Positions 54,601-63,351 of a DNA stretch of 64,000 nucleotides are shown piece by piece (the first letter of the stretch is position 1; the number at the start of each line of letters is the position of its first letter). The stretch lies in contig MEOQ01000015.1 of the NCBI GenBank assembly GCA_001769275.1, positions 8,659 through 72,658 on the forward strand, read 5' to 3'. The DNA comes from Bacteroidetes bacterium GWF2_43_63 (GTDB taxonomy: Bacteria > Bacteroidota > Bacteroidia > Bacteroidales > DTU049). The notes beneath the pieces were generated by a model, which saw only the letters and a program-made list of their open reading frames with translations, did not search any database and was not told where the DNA came from. Both the position numbers and the translations under genes were made by a program.

Positions 54601-55892
54601 ATCTCGCAAAGAAATATGACTTCGATGCATTGAAAATGGATCAGGCCGATCCTACTAACTGGGAATTTGTGAATCGTATTCCTGATGAAGAACTCTGGAA
54701 TGTGCGCAAAACACTCAAAGGCAAGTTGCTCGATATGCTGCGCAATAAGTTGGCGCGCGACATGACGCATCGTCAGGAATCGCCGCGACACATCATCAAT
54801 GTGCTGGAACAATTCGACGAGAATGCTTTGTATATTGGCTTTGCACGCCGCTTTGCGACCTATAAGCGTGCGCATCTGCTGTTTAAAAACCTCGACAAAT
54901 TACGCGAACTGGTCAATAATAAAACGCGGCCTGTTCGTTTTGTATATGCCGGAAAAGCGCATCCAGCCGACAAAGCAGGACAGGATTATATTAAATATAT
55001 CATTGAAATTTCGCGAATGCCGGAATTTGCAGGGAAAGTGATTTTCGTTGAAAACTACGATATGGAAATTGCGCGTCTGCTGGTTGCTGGTGTCGATGTA
55101 TGGCTCAACACGCCTACACGCCCACTCGAAGCCAGTGGTACCAGCGGCATTAAGGCCTGTCTGAATGGTGTGCTTAACCTGAGTGTTCTTGATGGCTGGT
55201 GGGCCGAAGGTTATGTGCCGAAAGGCGGCTGGGCACTGAAAGAAGCGCGCACCTACGAAAATCAGGCGCTGCAGGATGAATTGGATTCGGAGACGTTATA
55301 CAATTTGCTGGAAGAAGAAATTTTGCCGGCGTACTATCACCGCGAGCAAAACGATATTCCGACAGACTGGCTTGCATTTATCCGAAAAAATTTCACTTCC
55401 ATTGCGCCGCATTTCACCATGAAGCGTATGCTTGACGAATATTATTCGAAGTTTTATAATCCGCAAATAAAACGCAGCAGAGAATTAAGAAAGGATAATT
55501 ATGCTGCAGCGCGAGCGCTGTCTTCGTGGAAACGTCGTGTGATGCGCAATTGGGATCAGATAATTCCAGTTGAAATCATAGTACACGACAGTACTGTAAG
55601 TCCGTTGCTGCTGGGGCAGGATTTTATTGCAACAGTTACGCTGAACACAGGCGAGCTGCGGGCTGAAGATCTGGCGCTGGACATCATTTTTGGACAAAAG
55701 GAAAAGGGTCAAGTGCGACATATTATATTCAAATTCGAAATGAAAGTAAAAAGCTTTGGCAATGGGCAGGCGACTTATGAGGTCATAATTCCAAATCCAC
55801 GTTCGGGTGTGTTTGATTATGCAATCCGCTTGCGGCCCTCGAATCCGGCTCTGCCTCATCTGCAGGACTTCAATCTGGTGAAGTGGTTGTAA
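51630..55892 (+). CDS. Fusion protein: GT3-type glycogen synthase (N-terminal ~600 aa) plus GT35 alpha-glucan phosphorylase (C-terminal ~800 aa)
   Basis: The N-terminus FEVSWEVCNKVGGINTVI is the eukaryote-type glycogen synthase signature. The C-terminal half has GGLGVLAGD, HCNEGHAAF and the PLP-lysine context EASGTSGIKACLNG. The start is uncertain (alternative ATGs at 51657, 51663 and 51672). Confidence 0.8.
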   Translation: MYFFKKNWHMNMQQMEKPDFLFEVSWEVCNKVGGINTVIATKALRISERIESGYILIGPDIHSGQLPADVFTEDNSIHPQWVSKARMDGLHFRIGRWHVPGNPIAILLDFSGLYSKKDIVFKELWEKYKLDSLYGGWDYVEPTLFGYEAGRLIEHFYNYNVTSEDRIAAHFHEWMTGAGILYLKDRVPQAGRVFTTHATVMGRSVAGMNLPLYSKMEEFNPEGMARELNVLSKFSLEKLSAQHADVFTTVSDITGKECTHFLSKKPDLITPNGFEDTIVPHEEEFNKRRAASRKLLKSLVRSVIGKDVADNTLYVINSGRYEFRNKGIDLFIEALADLKLQHKTERDVVAIIAVPANNAGVRQDVKQCMADDEITTTPGNLTHYLFNEDNDAIMHAIRKNGLQCDDESNVNVIFIPSYLDGNDGLLNFNYYDFLIGCDLSVFPSYYEPWGYTPLEAVAFHIPTITTTLAGFGVWMQDAGKVNGGVKVIERDDYNADFVVSEISRYILEWAGCSREEFQHHRESALHASQEALWENLSKHYFDAYNRTILQSVKRQPQFSKKSLPQEHVLEKAGVAEPNWRKIYVKPELPERLSKLMRLSKNIWWTWSHSAIRLFESISPQLWERSGYNPIAMLELMSLKEINELATNPEFLFRLDLVFREFEEYMDQPLDDERPSVAYFCMEYGFHASLKLYSGGLGVLAGDYLKQASDSGIRMSAVGLLFRHGYFNQTFSAGGEQISEFIPQKFSNLPMIPVRDVKGEWVKIGVSFPGRQVVAKVWEVHVGRIRLFLLDTDIEDNNEQDRQITHKLYGGDWENRLKQEILLGIGGVKMLEYLDLNFDVYHCNEGHAAFSILERLKDYVQNNVMSFQQALEIVRAQTLFTTHTPVPAGHDAFSEDMMRMYFSHFPEKINLTWNEFIALGKSNPENADEKYSMSILAMSGSQNVNGVSRIHGRVTREMFTDLYQGFFSEELYIDYVTNGVHLPTWCSQEMQNLAKKYDFDALKMDQADPTNWEFVNRIPDEELWNVRKTLKGKLLDMLRNKLARDMTHRQESPRHIINVLEQFDENALYIGFARRFATYKRAHLLFKNLDKLRELVNNKTRPVRFVYAGKAHPADKAGQDYIKYIIEISRMPEFAGKVIFVENYDMEIARLLVAGVDVWLNTPTRPLEASGTSGIKACLNGVLNLSVLDGWWAEGYVPKGGWALKEARTYENQALQDELDSETLYNLLEEEILPAYYHREQNDIPTDWLAFIRKNFTSIAPHFTMKRMLDEYYSKFYNPQIKRSRELRKDNYAAARALSSWKRRVMRNWDQIIPVEIIVHDSTVSPLLLGQDFIATVTLNTGELRAEDLALDIIFGQKEKGQVRHIIFKFEMKVKSFGNGQATYEVIIPNPRSGVFDYAIRLRPSNPALPHLQDFNLVKWL

Positions 55893-55902
55893 AAAAAATA
55901 CA

Positions 55903-55935
55903 ATCCCTCGAAGGGTTTCAAACCCTTCGAGGGAT
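55903..55935 (+). terminator. Rho-independent terminator hairpin (same core as 26912-26944)
   Basis: atccctcgaagggtt (55903-55917) pairs with aacccttcgagggat (55921-55935), followed by tattatttttaatttt. Confidence 0.7.
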
Positions 55936-55956
55936 TATTATTTTTAATTTTGTCCT

Positions 55957-57204
55957 ATGGATGCTGCGATACTTACAATAGGCGATGAACTACTGATCGG
56001 ACAAGTGATTGATACCAACTCGGCATGGCTTGCCATGCGCCTCAACGAGCTTGGGATAACCGTAAAAGCCCGTTTCAGCGTTGGCGACAATATGTCGGAA
56101 ATTCGCGACGCTCTGTACTACGCAACTGAACTCGCCCCGGTAGTCATTACAACCGGCGGTCTTGGTCCCACTTCAGACGATCGAACACGCGAAGTGCTTT
56201 GTGATATTTTTGAATGCGAGATGCAGGAAAACGAAGAAGTACTGCGGTATATCAAAGATATGTTTGCAAAACGCGGCTGGCCACTCACCGATGTCAACCG
56301 CCGTCAGGCATTGGTTCCAGACCGCGCAAAAGTATTGTTCAATAAGCTGGGGACCGCTCCTGGTCTGTATTTCGAAGATGGATCGACCAATATTTTCGTC
56401 ATGCCTGGCGTACCGTTTGAAATGAAAGAAATGTTCACCAATCAGGTAACGCCGCATTTGAAAAAACTTGCAGGCAATCAGGTCTATGTTCACGAAACAC
56501 GCGTATTCAGCGGCATAGGCGAATCATGGCTAAGCGATCACATTAAACCCTGGGAAGAAAAATTACCTAAAAATGTTAGTCTTGCTTATTTGCCCGCGCC
56601 CGGCATCATACGGCTGCGACTGAGTCACCTGGCTCAAAACGAACAAGAGGGCAGGGAACTGCTGTGTAATTTGTTTACCGAAGCGATGCCATTAGTTAAT
56701 GAGTATTTTGTTAGTGCGGTAGATGAACCTATTGCTGCTACACTTTTGCACGAAATGATTGCTTCCGGTAAAACTTTTTGTACTGCCGAAAGCTGTACGG
56801 GTGGCTACATTGCACAACAGGTCACATCAATACCTGGTAGCTCGGCTGCGTTCAAAGGCAGTGTGGTGGCTTATTCCAACGAAATAAAAGAAAAATTACT
56901 GAACGTCAGTTCTGCGACACTGCAGCAATATGGCGCTGTGAGCGCTCAAACGGTTTGCGAAATGGCTTTGAATGCACGACTGATTTTGAATACAGATTAT
57001 TCAATGGCTGTAAGTGGTATTGCAGGCCCGGATGGAGGTACTGCTGACAAACCCGTCGGGCTGGTGTGGATTGCCGTGGCTTCGGAAAACGGTGTTGAAT
57101 CGCAGGAGCTTAAACTTGGCGGAACACGCGAAGTAATTATCGCCCGAAGCGCAGTATCAGCCATGTTCATGTGTCTGAAAGAAAAAAGAAAGGAACAGAA
57201 ATGA
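55957..57204 (+). CDS. cinA: CinA-family protein (MoCF-binding domain plus nicotinamide-nucleotide amidase-like domain)
   Basis: MDAAILTIGDELLIGQVIDTNSAWLA, TTGGLGPTSDD, and the C-terminal AESCTGG...VSGIAGPDGG. Confidence 0.85.
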   Translation: MDAAILTIGDELLIGQVIDTNSAWLAMRLNELGITVKARFSVGDNMSEIRDALYYATELAPVVITTGGLGPTSDDRTREVLCDIFECEMQENEEVLRYIKDMFAKRGWPLTDVNRRQALVPDRAKVLFNKLGTAPGLYFEDGSTNIFVMPGVPFEMKEMFTNQVTPHLKKLAGNQVYVHETRVFSGIGESWLSDHIKPWEEKLPKNVSLAYLPAPGIIRLRLSHLAQNEQEGRELLCNLFTEAMPLVNEYFVSAVDEPIAATLLHEMIASGKTFCTAESCTGGYIAQQVTSIPGSSAAFKGSVVAYSNEIKEKLLNVSSATLQQYGAVSAQTVCEMALNARLILNTDYSMAVSGIAGPDGGTADKPVGLVWIAVASENGVESQELKLGGTREVIIARSAVSAMFMCLKEKRKEQK

Positions 57205-58298
57205 GATTAAAATCACTGCGATTAAATCAGTTTAAAAACTACGAAGAGGTTTCGCTCGACTTCAATGGAAACGTGCATTGCTTCTATGGAAACAATGGTG
57301 CCGGCAAAACCAATATTCTCGATGCCATTCATTATCTGAGTTTCACCAAAAGCTATTTCGGCGGCAGCGATCAGCTTTGCATTCGTTTCGGCTACGAGTT
57401 TTTCGCTATCAATGGTGAGTTTGAAATGGCTTCGGGTGTGAACGAAAAAGTATCGGTGTCGGTGAAGTCTGGAAGTGAGAAAAAAGTAAAACGCAACGAT
57501 AAGGAATACCAACGTTTTTCGGAACACATCGGTGCATTTCCGGTCGTCATGATTACGCCGGGCGACATCGATCTCATTAATAATGCGGCTGAAGTCAGGC
57601 GCCGTTTCTTCGATGCAGTGATTTCGCAATTCGATAAGACCTATCTCGACGATGTGATTCGCTACAACAAAGTTCTGATGCAGCGCAACAAAGCACTGAA
57701 AGAAATGGGCGAACGCGGTCGCGGCGATTTCAACGATCTTGAAGTCTGGAATGCACAATTAGTGAATTACGGACAACGCATTCACGATGCGCGCGGCAAG
57801 TATCAGAGCGAGATGCGGGTGTTCTTCGATCGGATGCACGCCCGCCTTACCGGCAATGGCGACACTGCAGAAATCATTTATGAATCGATGCTCAACGAGC
57901 GCGACATGAGCGACATGCTGCGCGACAGCTTCCGCAATGACTTCGGCGCTGGCTTTACCACGCAGGGCATTCACCGCGACGATTATGTTTTCATGGTGAA
58001 TGAAAATCCGGTTCGCCGTTTCGGAAGCCAGGGACAGCAAAAGAGCTTTCTGTTGTCGCTCAAAATGGCGCAATACCTCATTACTGTTGATAAAACAGGC
58101 ATGACGCCAATTTTATTATTCGATGATATATTCGATAAGCTCGATCCAGAGCGGGTTCGCTTATTAATCAACTTGGTATGTCACGAGCCGTTTGGTCAGG
58201 TGTTTATCACCGACACGCACAAGATGCGAATGGAAGACATTATTGGTCACGAAGCGCATATTCAGCTGTTTGAAGTGAAAGACGGCGGCGTATTGTAG
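57201..58298 (+). CDS. recF: DNA replication and repair protein RecF
   Basis: MRLKSLRLNQFKNYEE...GNNGAGKTNILDAIHYLS and the signature-like GSQGQQKS. I moved the start to ATG 57201, which overlaps the cinA stop as ATGA. Confidence 0.9.
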   Translation: MRLKSLRLNQFKNYEEVSLDFNGNVHCFYGNNGAGKTNILDAIHYLSFTKSYFGGSDQLCIRFGYEFFAINGEFEMASGVNEKVSVSVKSGSEKKVKRNDKEYQRFSEHIGAFPVVMITPGDIDLINNAAEVRRRFFDAVISQFDKTYLDDVIRYNKVLMQRNKALKEMGERGRGDFNDLEVWNAQLVNYGQRIHDARGKYQSEMRVFFDRMHARLTGNGDTAEIIYESMLNERDMSDMLRDSFRNDFGAGFTTQGIHRDDYVFMVNENPVRRFGSQGQQKSFLLSLKMAQYLITVDKTGMTPILLFDDIFDKLDPERVRLLINLVCHEPFGQVFITDTHKMRMEDIIGHEAHIQLFEVKDGGVL

Positions 58299-58456
58299 CA
58301 TGAGGCATGCGGTCCCGCCTACGTCGGGATAAACTTCGGGCATGCGGTTTGCGGCTCATTGTTATTCGCATAATGCATAGTGCATGGGGTTAGCTTCGCC
58401 CTCGCATTGCGTTTTGACACATCTTGCTTGACGATAAAATGTCGGACAGCACCCAA

Positions 58457-58645
58457 CATTTTGGCGTTCGGAGAATTTCGATCCTGCATTGGGCGCGCGT
58501 CTCCTGACGCGTGACCTGAATATTTCGTAAGCTCATTCGAAGAAACGGAACCTTTGCAGGGAAGCAGAGAATTGCATCTACCCGACGATTCCACGTCAGC
58601 AATACCATGAGTTCGACCTCTGCGGGCTGACGGTAGAATGTCGGG
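58457..58645. repeat. Composite intergenic element, copy 3
   Basis: The core ttgggcgcgcgtctcctgacgcgtgacc is at 58489-58516. The terminal hairpin is cccgacgattccacgtcagc...gctgacggtagaatgtcggg. A hairpin-only copy lies at 62694-62759. Confidence 0.8.
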
Positions 58646-58704
58646 AAGCTCTCACATATCCGCGCAAGTGAAGTTTTTTTGTTGAAGAAAATATTGAAAT
58701 ACCT

Positions 58705-59670
58705 TCAAGGTCTTTTATTCAAATACAGTTTCCAGTCGTCCCAGTAGACGGATAATTTTTTTCCGTTGTCTTTCATGTAATTAATAAGATCATCACTGGT
58801 ATAGAGTTTTTGCGGATTAAAATCGGTAAAACCGTCGGGACATTTTTCCGAAGGATGATGTGTGAAATTGGCAACATCAAACAGAATTTGTCGTTCGCCA
58901 GTATCGGAAATCAGCGCCAGAAAAAACCGTCCATTGTTGTCGTCGCCTTCCTTTACGTACATTTCAATGTTCATCCATTGTCCGAATGACACCGGAATAT
59001 TTTCATTGGTTTGTTCCCACACAACATCCCAGCGCGTTGTTTTCCACTGGGTTGCCGATACATGAAAAAATACGTTGCCGCCAGCTCCTGCATTTGGTTT
59101 TATCAGTCCTACCGAAATCCGGAAACGCTTCGATTCATGATGAAGATCGCTGTTGTTCCAGCATTCGAACAAAGTGAGCCAGTCGAATTTTTCATCCCAT
59201 TGCTTCAACACGGCCAGATCGCTGTGTAGTTTCAATCGGATCGTCTGATATAATTCGCGAAAACATTTGTTTCCCGTCAGCAACGTATTTACACGTCCTT
59301 TTTTGTGTCCGCCTTCGCGGATATGGGGCTCGTTGATGGTGAAACACAAAACAGGGTTGCTACTGTCGTCGGGATCCGCTTCAATGGTTGCTTTACGCTG
59401 CGAATTACCTCCATCTTCGTAATTTATGTATACTTCGCCGATGTTCTCATTGTTGGCAAAGGCAGACCAGTCGCTCAAAGCCAAAGTATCGTTTCCCGCA
59501 AACCCATCGGTGTATGTTGTTCGTTCCGAAATTTCAGTGCCGTTAAAACCGGTCTGAAACACCAGTTGTTCTGCGTCATTGCATTCGCATTTGCAATTGA
59601 TGCTGGTTTTCCGGCAGCCGAATATTGCGGTAAGCAAAACTAAAAGAAACAGGGATAACAGATGCTTCAT
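58705..59670 (-). CDS. Hypothetical lipoprotein
   Basis: I moved the start to ATG 59668-59670, which gives MKHLLSLFLLVLLTAIFGCRK (lipobox). No family is confidently recognised. Confidence 0.55.
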   Translation of the reverse strand: MKHLLSLFLLVLLTAIFGCRKTSINCKCECNDAEQLVFQTGFNGTEISERTTYTDGFAGNDTLALSDWSAFANNENIGEVYINYEDGGNSQRKATIEADPDDSSNPVLCFTINEPHIREGGHKKGRVNTLLTGNKCFRELYQTIRLKLHSDLAVLKQWDEKFDWLTLFECWNNSDLHHESKRFRISVGLIKPNAGAGGNVFFHVSATQWKTTRWDVVWEQTNENIPVSFGQWMNIEMYVKEGDDNNGRFFLALISDTGERQILFDVANFTHHPSEKCPDGFTDFNPQKLYTSDDLINYMKDNGKKLSVYWDDWKLYLNKRP

Positions 59671-60259
59671 AATGCTGAATGCAAAAATACAATATTGATT
59701 CATATAATGATTGCAGGGCATAGGTATCTAAAATGCTAAAACCTTTTTTATTGAACATCTTCTACTGCATGCAATAATGCCATATTCACACAATATATTC
59801 CCGGGTACACTAAGTAGCACGACGAAATGTGTAGTGTCACAAAGGATCACGGAGTTTGGCACAAAGTCACACAAAGTAAAAAGGTTAAGCAAAAGCCGAT
59901 GCGATGCACAAACACAACGGTGTTGTGTTTGATCAATTTTTGTCAGATGAAAGGCGAAAACATGCTTTCGTTTACATACTGACAAAAATTATATCGGCTT
60001 TTGTTAGTAAAATCAAACTCTGTGGCACTCTGTGAGCCCTCTGTTAAACTCTGTGTAACTGGTATTATTCGTATCCTGATTTCATTTTCAATGGTACTCA
60101 TCCTCAGGAAAGTGGCAAGTTGAGCTCTCCTCCAGCCGGCTAATCAGTTTATGTACTTGTTTGCAGATTTTTATGCGTTACCCTGATAATGATAGTTGCG
60201 AATGATGCATTAAAATTTCCGGTTTTTTCAACCACCCTGGTTCGGTAGAAAAGCGTCAA

Positions 60260-60661
60260 CTATTTTGACAATTTATTCAGATTTTCTCTCACTCTGAATT
60301 GTGCTATTTTTTCAATCAGCTTCACCGGAAGCGGCTTGCCGAGCGGGAATTGAACAGCGCCTTTCGAAGTCTTGTATACTTTCAAATCATCGGCGAATGC
60401 TTCAATTCCAGATGGCGTCGGATAGAATCCAATGTGGTTTGTATGCGCTGCAAAGTACACCAGCATACCATTTAATTTATACGCAGGCATATGATAGCTA
60501 ATGACCTCTTCGGCTTCGGGAGCGGATTTGCGGATGATAGTGCGCAACTGTTCGAGCAGGATTTGTAACTCTTCCGGAAAAGACAGAATATAATTTTCGA
60601 CAGAGTTATCAGACATTTGACTCTTCATTTCCAAAACTCTTTGATGCGTTTGCTTCATCAA
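60260..60661 (-). CDS. DUF1801 (YdhG-like) domain protein
   Basis: PAYKLNGMLVYFAAHTNHIGFYPTPSGIEAF...KGAVQFPLGKPLP is typical of DUF1801. Confidence 0.65.
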   Translation of the reverse strand: MMKQTHQRVLEMKSQMSDNSVENYILSFPEELQILLEQLRTIIRKSAPEAEEVISYHMPAYKLNGMLVYFAAHTNHIGFYPTPSGIEAFADDLKVYKTSKGAVQFPLGKPLPVKLIEKIAQFRVRENLNKLSK

Positions 60662-60667
60662 TACCGT

Positions 60668-61594
60668 TTATTTGAAAACATAACCCAAAGTGATGGTGCT
60701 CGAAAATGCAACGGCAGAGCGGTCTCCAACCCGCATATGATTAAACATATTAAATGTGTAATCGCTTAAATTTGAGAATGCCTCAGTGCCATTTTGTTCA
60801 ATGTGATTTTGCAAATCTTTATTGGTATATGATTTCCACACAAAAGAATATCCAACACCTAAATTAAATCCGAATGTAAGAAAATTTCCGAGTATATACT
60901 GATTGCCATAATTCAGCATCACAGCCAGGCCATTTACGTTTTTATCAGTACGGTAAACAACAGAATTATATGAATCGTAATCGTAAATATAATAATCCAT
61001 ATTGCGCACTTTGTAGCCGGTATAAATGAGCTCTGGTTTAAAGTATTGGCCTTTCAGCGGATGCGAATATTTCATGCCTTTCATATAGTAGCTGCTGCCA
61101 AGATTGAATTTTGGGCCTCCGGCAACAAATACGCCCTGTGTCAGATATTCGCCAAATTCAAATCCAGAAAAATTAAACATGGAGTTGTTAATGAATCCAA
61201 CAGTCGATTCGATATTGGTGCCCATTTTAATCGATTTCTCATAGGTGAGCGCCAGATAATTGCGAAAGATCGAAAAGTAATGAAACTTAATTGCCTGTCG
61301 CTTATCAAGAATTTCGGTTTCAGCATTCATCTCCAGTTCATCGCGCTTGATGACTTCAACCGTGCCGTCGGCAAAATGAATTTCGCGGACTTTTTCTTTT
61401 GAGATCACATAAATTATTGCATCCTCTGCGAAGTTTTTTTTGTACTCAATATCGTAATCGGTTATTTTGGTAATCTTGCAAACAATAGAATCCTTGTTTT
61501 TTGTAATAAGTGTGTCGTTTAGTGATTGAGCGAAGATTGAATTACTCAAGCATAACCCAGCACAAAATAAAATGAATATAAAAACTTTTTTCAT
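60668..61594 (-). CDS. Hypothetical secreted protein, tandem paralogue A (possible beta-barrel)
   Basis: Signal peptide MKKVFIFILFCAGLCLSNSIFAQ and C-terminus TLGYVFK. The N-terminal ~105 aa are nearly identical to the neighbouring gene. Confidence 0.6.
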   Translation of the reverse strand: MKKVFIFILFCAGLCLSNSIFAQSLNDTLITKNKDSIVCKITKITDYDIEYKKNFAEDAIIYVISKEKVREIHFADGTVEVIKRDELEMNAETEILDKRQAIKFHYFSIFRNYLALTYEKSIKMGTNIESTVGFINNSMFNFSGFEFGEYLTQGVFVAGGPKFNLGSSYYMKGMKYSHPLKGQYFKPELIYTGYKVRNMDYYIYDYDSYNSVVYRTDKNVNGLAVMLNYGNQYILGNFLTFGFNLGVGYSFVWKSYTNKDLQNHIEQNGTEAFSNLSDYTFNMFNHMRVGDRSAVAFSSTITLGYVFK

Positions 61595-61609
61595 GACTAT
61601 TGATTGCGT

Positions 61610-62560
61610 TTATTTGAAAATATATCCTAATGTAATGTTTGCCTGAAAGGCAATGCCAGATTGCTCTCCAGAGCGTGTGTGACTATACATTTTGTGGGCA
61701 TAGCTGTAAGCGCCATCATTGTAATAATAATTGTAGCTAGTGTTATTTTGCGACATATAGTCCACAAGTTCGTCATTGGTGAATTTTGCAGAAGCGAAAG
61801 AATAACCTATACCCAGATTGAAACCAAAGGTCATAATATTGCCCAGAATATACTGGTTGCCATAATTCAGAATGACAGCAACACCATTTACATTCACATC
61901 CGTAACAAATGAATGCGTTGTTGAGTAATAATAATTTGGATCCCAGGTGGAAAAGGAATAATTAATATTCTTGACTGCGAACGACGACAAAATAATTTCA
62001 GGCTTAAAATATTTTCCTTTCAGCGGATGTGAATATTTCATCCCTTTCATATAGTAGCTGTTGCCCAGATTAAATTTTGGTCCGAATTTCACAAAGGCGC
62101 CCTGAGAGAGACCATCATGGCTTTCGAACAAGTCGAAATTGAACATGGAATTATTAATTAGTCCAAATGTCGCTTCCACATTGGTCCCCATTTTCAGCGA
62201 CCGCTCATAGGTGACTGCAAGATGGTCGTTGAATGGCGAGAAAAAATGGAATTTAATAGTCTGCCGTTTATCAAGAATTTCGGTTTCAGCATTCATCTCC
62301 ATTTCGTCTCGGGTAATAACCTCGACTGTGCCATCCGAAAAATGAATCTGACGGACTTTTTCTTTAGAAATCACATAAATGATGGCATCTGCAGCAATGC
62401 TTTTTTTGTACTCAATATCGTAATCGGTTATTTTGGTAATCTTGCAAATAATCTGCTCATTGTTTTTTGTGATGAGTGTATCGTTCAGTGCCTGAGCGAA
62501 AATTGAATTACTAAAACATAAACCAGCACAAAATAAAATGAACACAAAAACTTTTTTCAT
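61610..62560 (-). CDS. Hypothetical secreted protein, tandem paralogue B
   Basis: I moved the start to ATG 62558-62560 (MKKVFVFILFCAGLCFSNSIFAQ). The C-terminus is TLGYIFK. Confidence 0.6.
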   Translation of the reverse strand: MKKVFVFILFCAGLCFSNSIFAQALNDTLITKNNEQIICKITKITDYDIEYKKSIAADAIIYVISKEKVRQIHFSDGTVEVITRDEMEMNAETEILDKRQTIKFHFFSPFNDHLAVTYERSLKMGTNVEATFGLINNSMFNFDLFESHDGLSQGAFVKFGPKFNLGNSYYMKGMKYSHPLKGKYFKPEIILSSFAVKNINYSFSTWDPNYYYSTTHSFVTDVNVNGVAVILNYGNQYILGNIMTFGFNLGIGYSFASAKFTNDELVDYMSQNNTSYNYYYNDGAYSYAHKMYSHTRSGEQSGIAFQANITLGYIFK

Positions 62561-62902
62561 GACTACAGATTTTAGTTCTTTTGATAACTTATTAAAAGCA
62601 AAGTTAAAAATAATTGATCCAAAATACAAACATTTTCATCATTTATTTCGATAGAAACGACAATTTATTCGTTTAGAGAAACTGTTGTCTCTTCCCGACG
62701 ATTCCACGTCAGCAATATCAAATTGTCAACACTGCTCAGCTGACGGTAGAATGTCGGGGAGCAGACCGACCTTCCAGAGTCCGCAATGCAATGGAGGACC
62801 AGGAAGAGTCGGATGCTGATACCTCTTACCAACTATTTCATGTTCTGCGATTCTCTCCGAACTATGGAATGTTGGATTGCTGAGACTACACCCAGCCACC
62901 AG

Positions 62903-63319
62903 TTACAATCCCAGTTTAATATCAATCAGCATCTGGATGTCATTCAGCACCGATTTATCGCGCACATCAATCTGGATTCCGCGGCCTTCGGCGTATGCTT
63001 TGGCTGCGGACAGTTCATGTTTGATATCTTCTGAAACAGTACTGTTCATCACTGCTTCGAATGCTTTTTGTCCGAACACCATGGCCACTTTGAAAAATCC
63101 ATCGCGGGGCAGGAGATAGACCAGCACACGTTTTTTATCACTTACGCGAAAGCTCCATCCATGTTTTTCGCCCGGAAATTTCCATTCATCGGTGGCTTTG
63201 GGATAAGTGTCATGTGCGTATTCAACAATGGATTGCCACTGCACAAACGTAGCTCCCAGTGCCGTTTTTAAATCGGCTTCGGTCGGAACAATCAGCTTAT
63301 CGGAGAAGATGCTTTTCAT
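62903..63319 (-). CDS. DUF3788-like protein
   Basis: MKSIFSDKLIVPTEADLKTALG...WKFPGEKHGWSFRVSDKKRVLVYLLPRDGFFKVAMVFG. I moved the start to ATG 63317-63319. Confidence 0.5.
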   Translation of the reverse strand: MKSIFSDKLIVPTEADLKTALGATFVQWQSIVEYAHDTYPKATDEWKFPGEKHGWSFRVSDKKRVLVYLLPRDGFFKVAMVFGQKAFEAVMNSTVSEDIKHELSAAKAYAEGRGIQIDVRDKSVLNDIQMLIDIKLGL

Positions 63320-63351
63320 ATTATAAGTATATGAAATTGAAAACAATTCTT

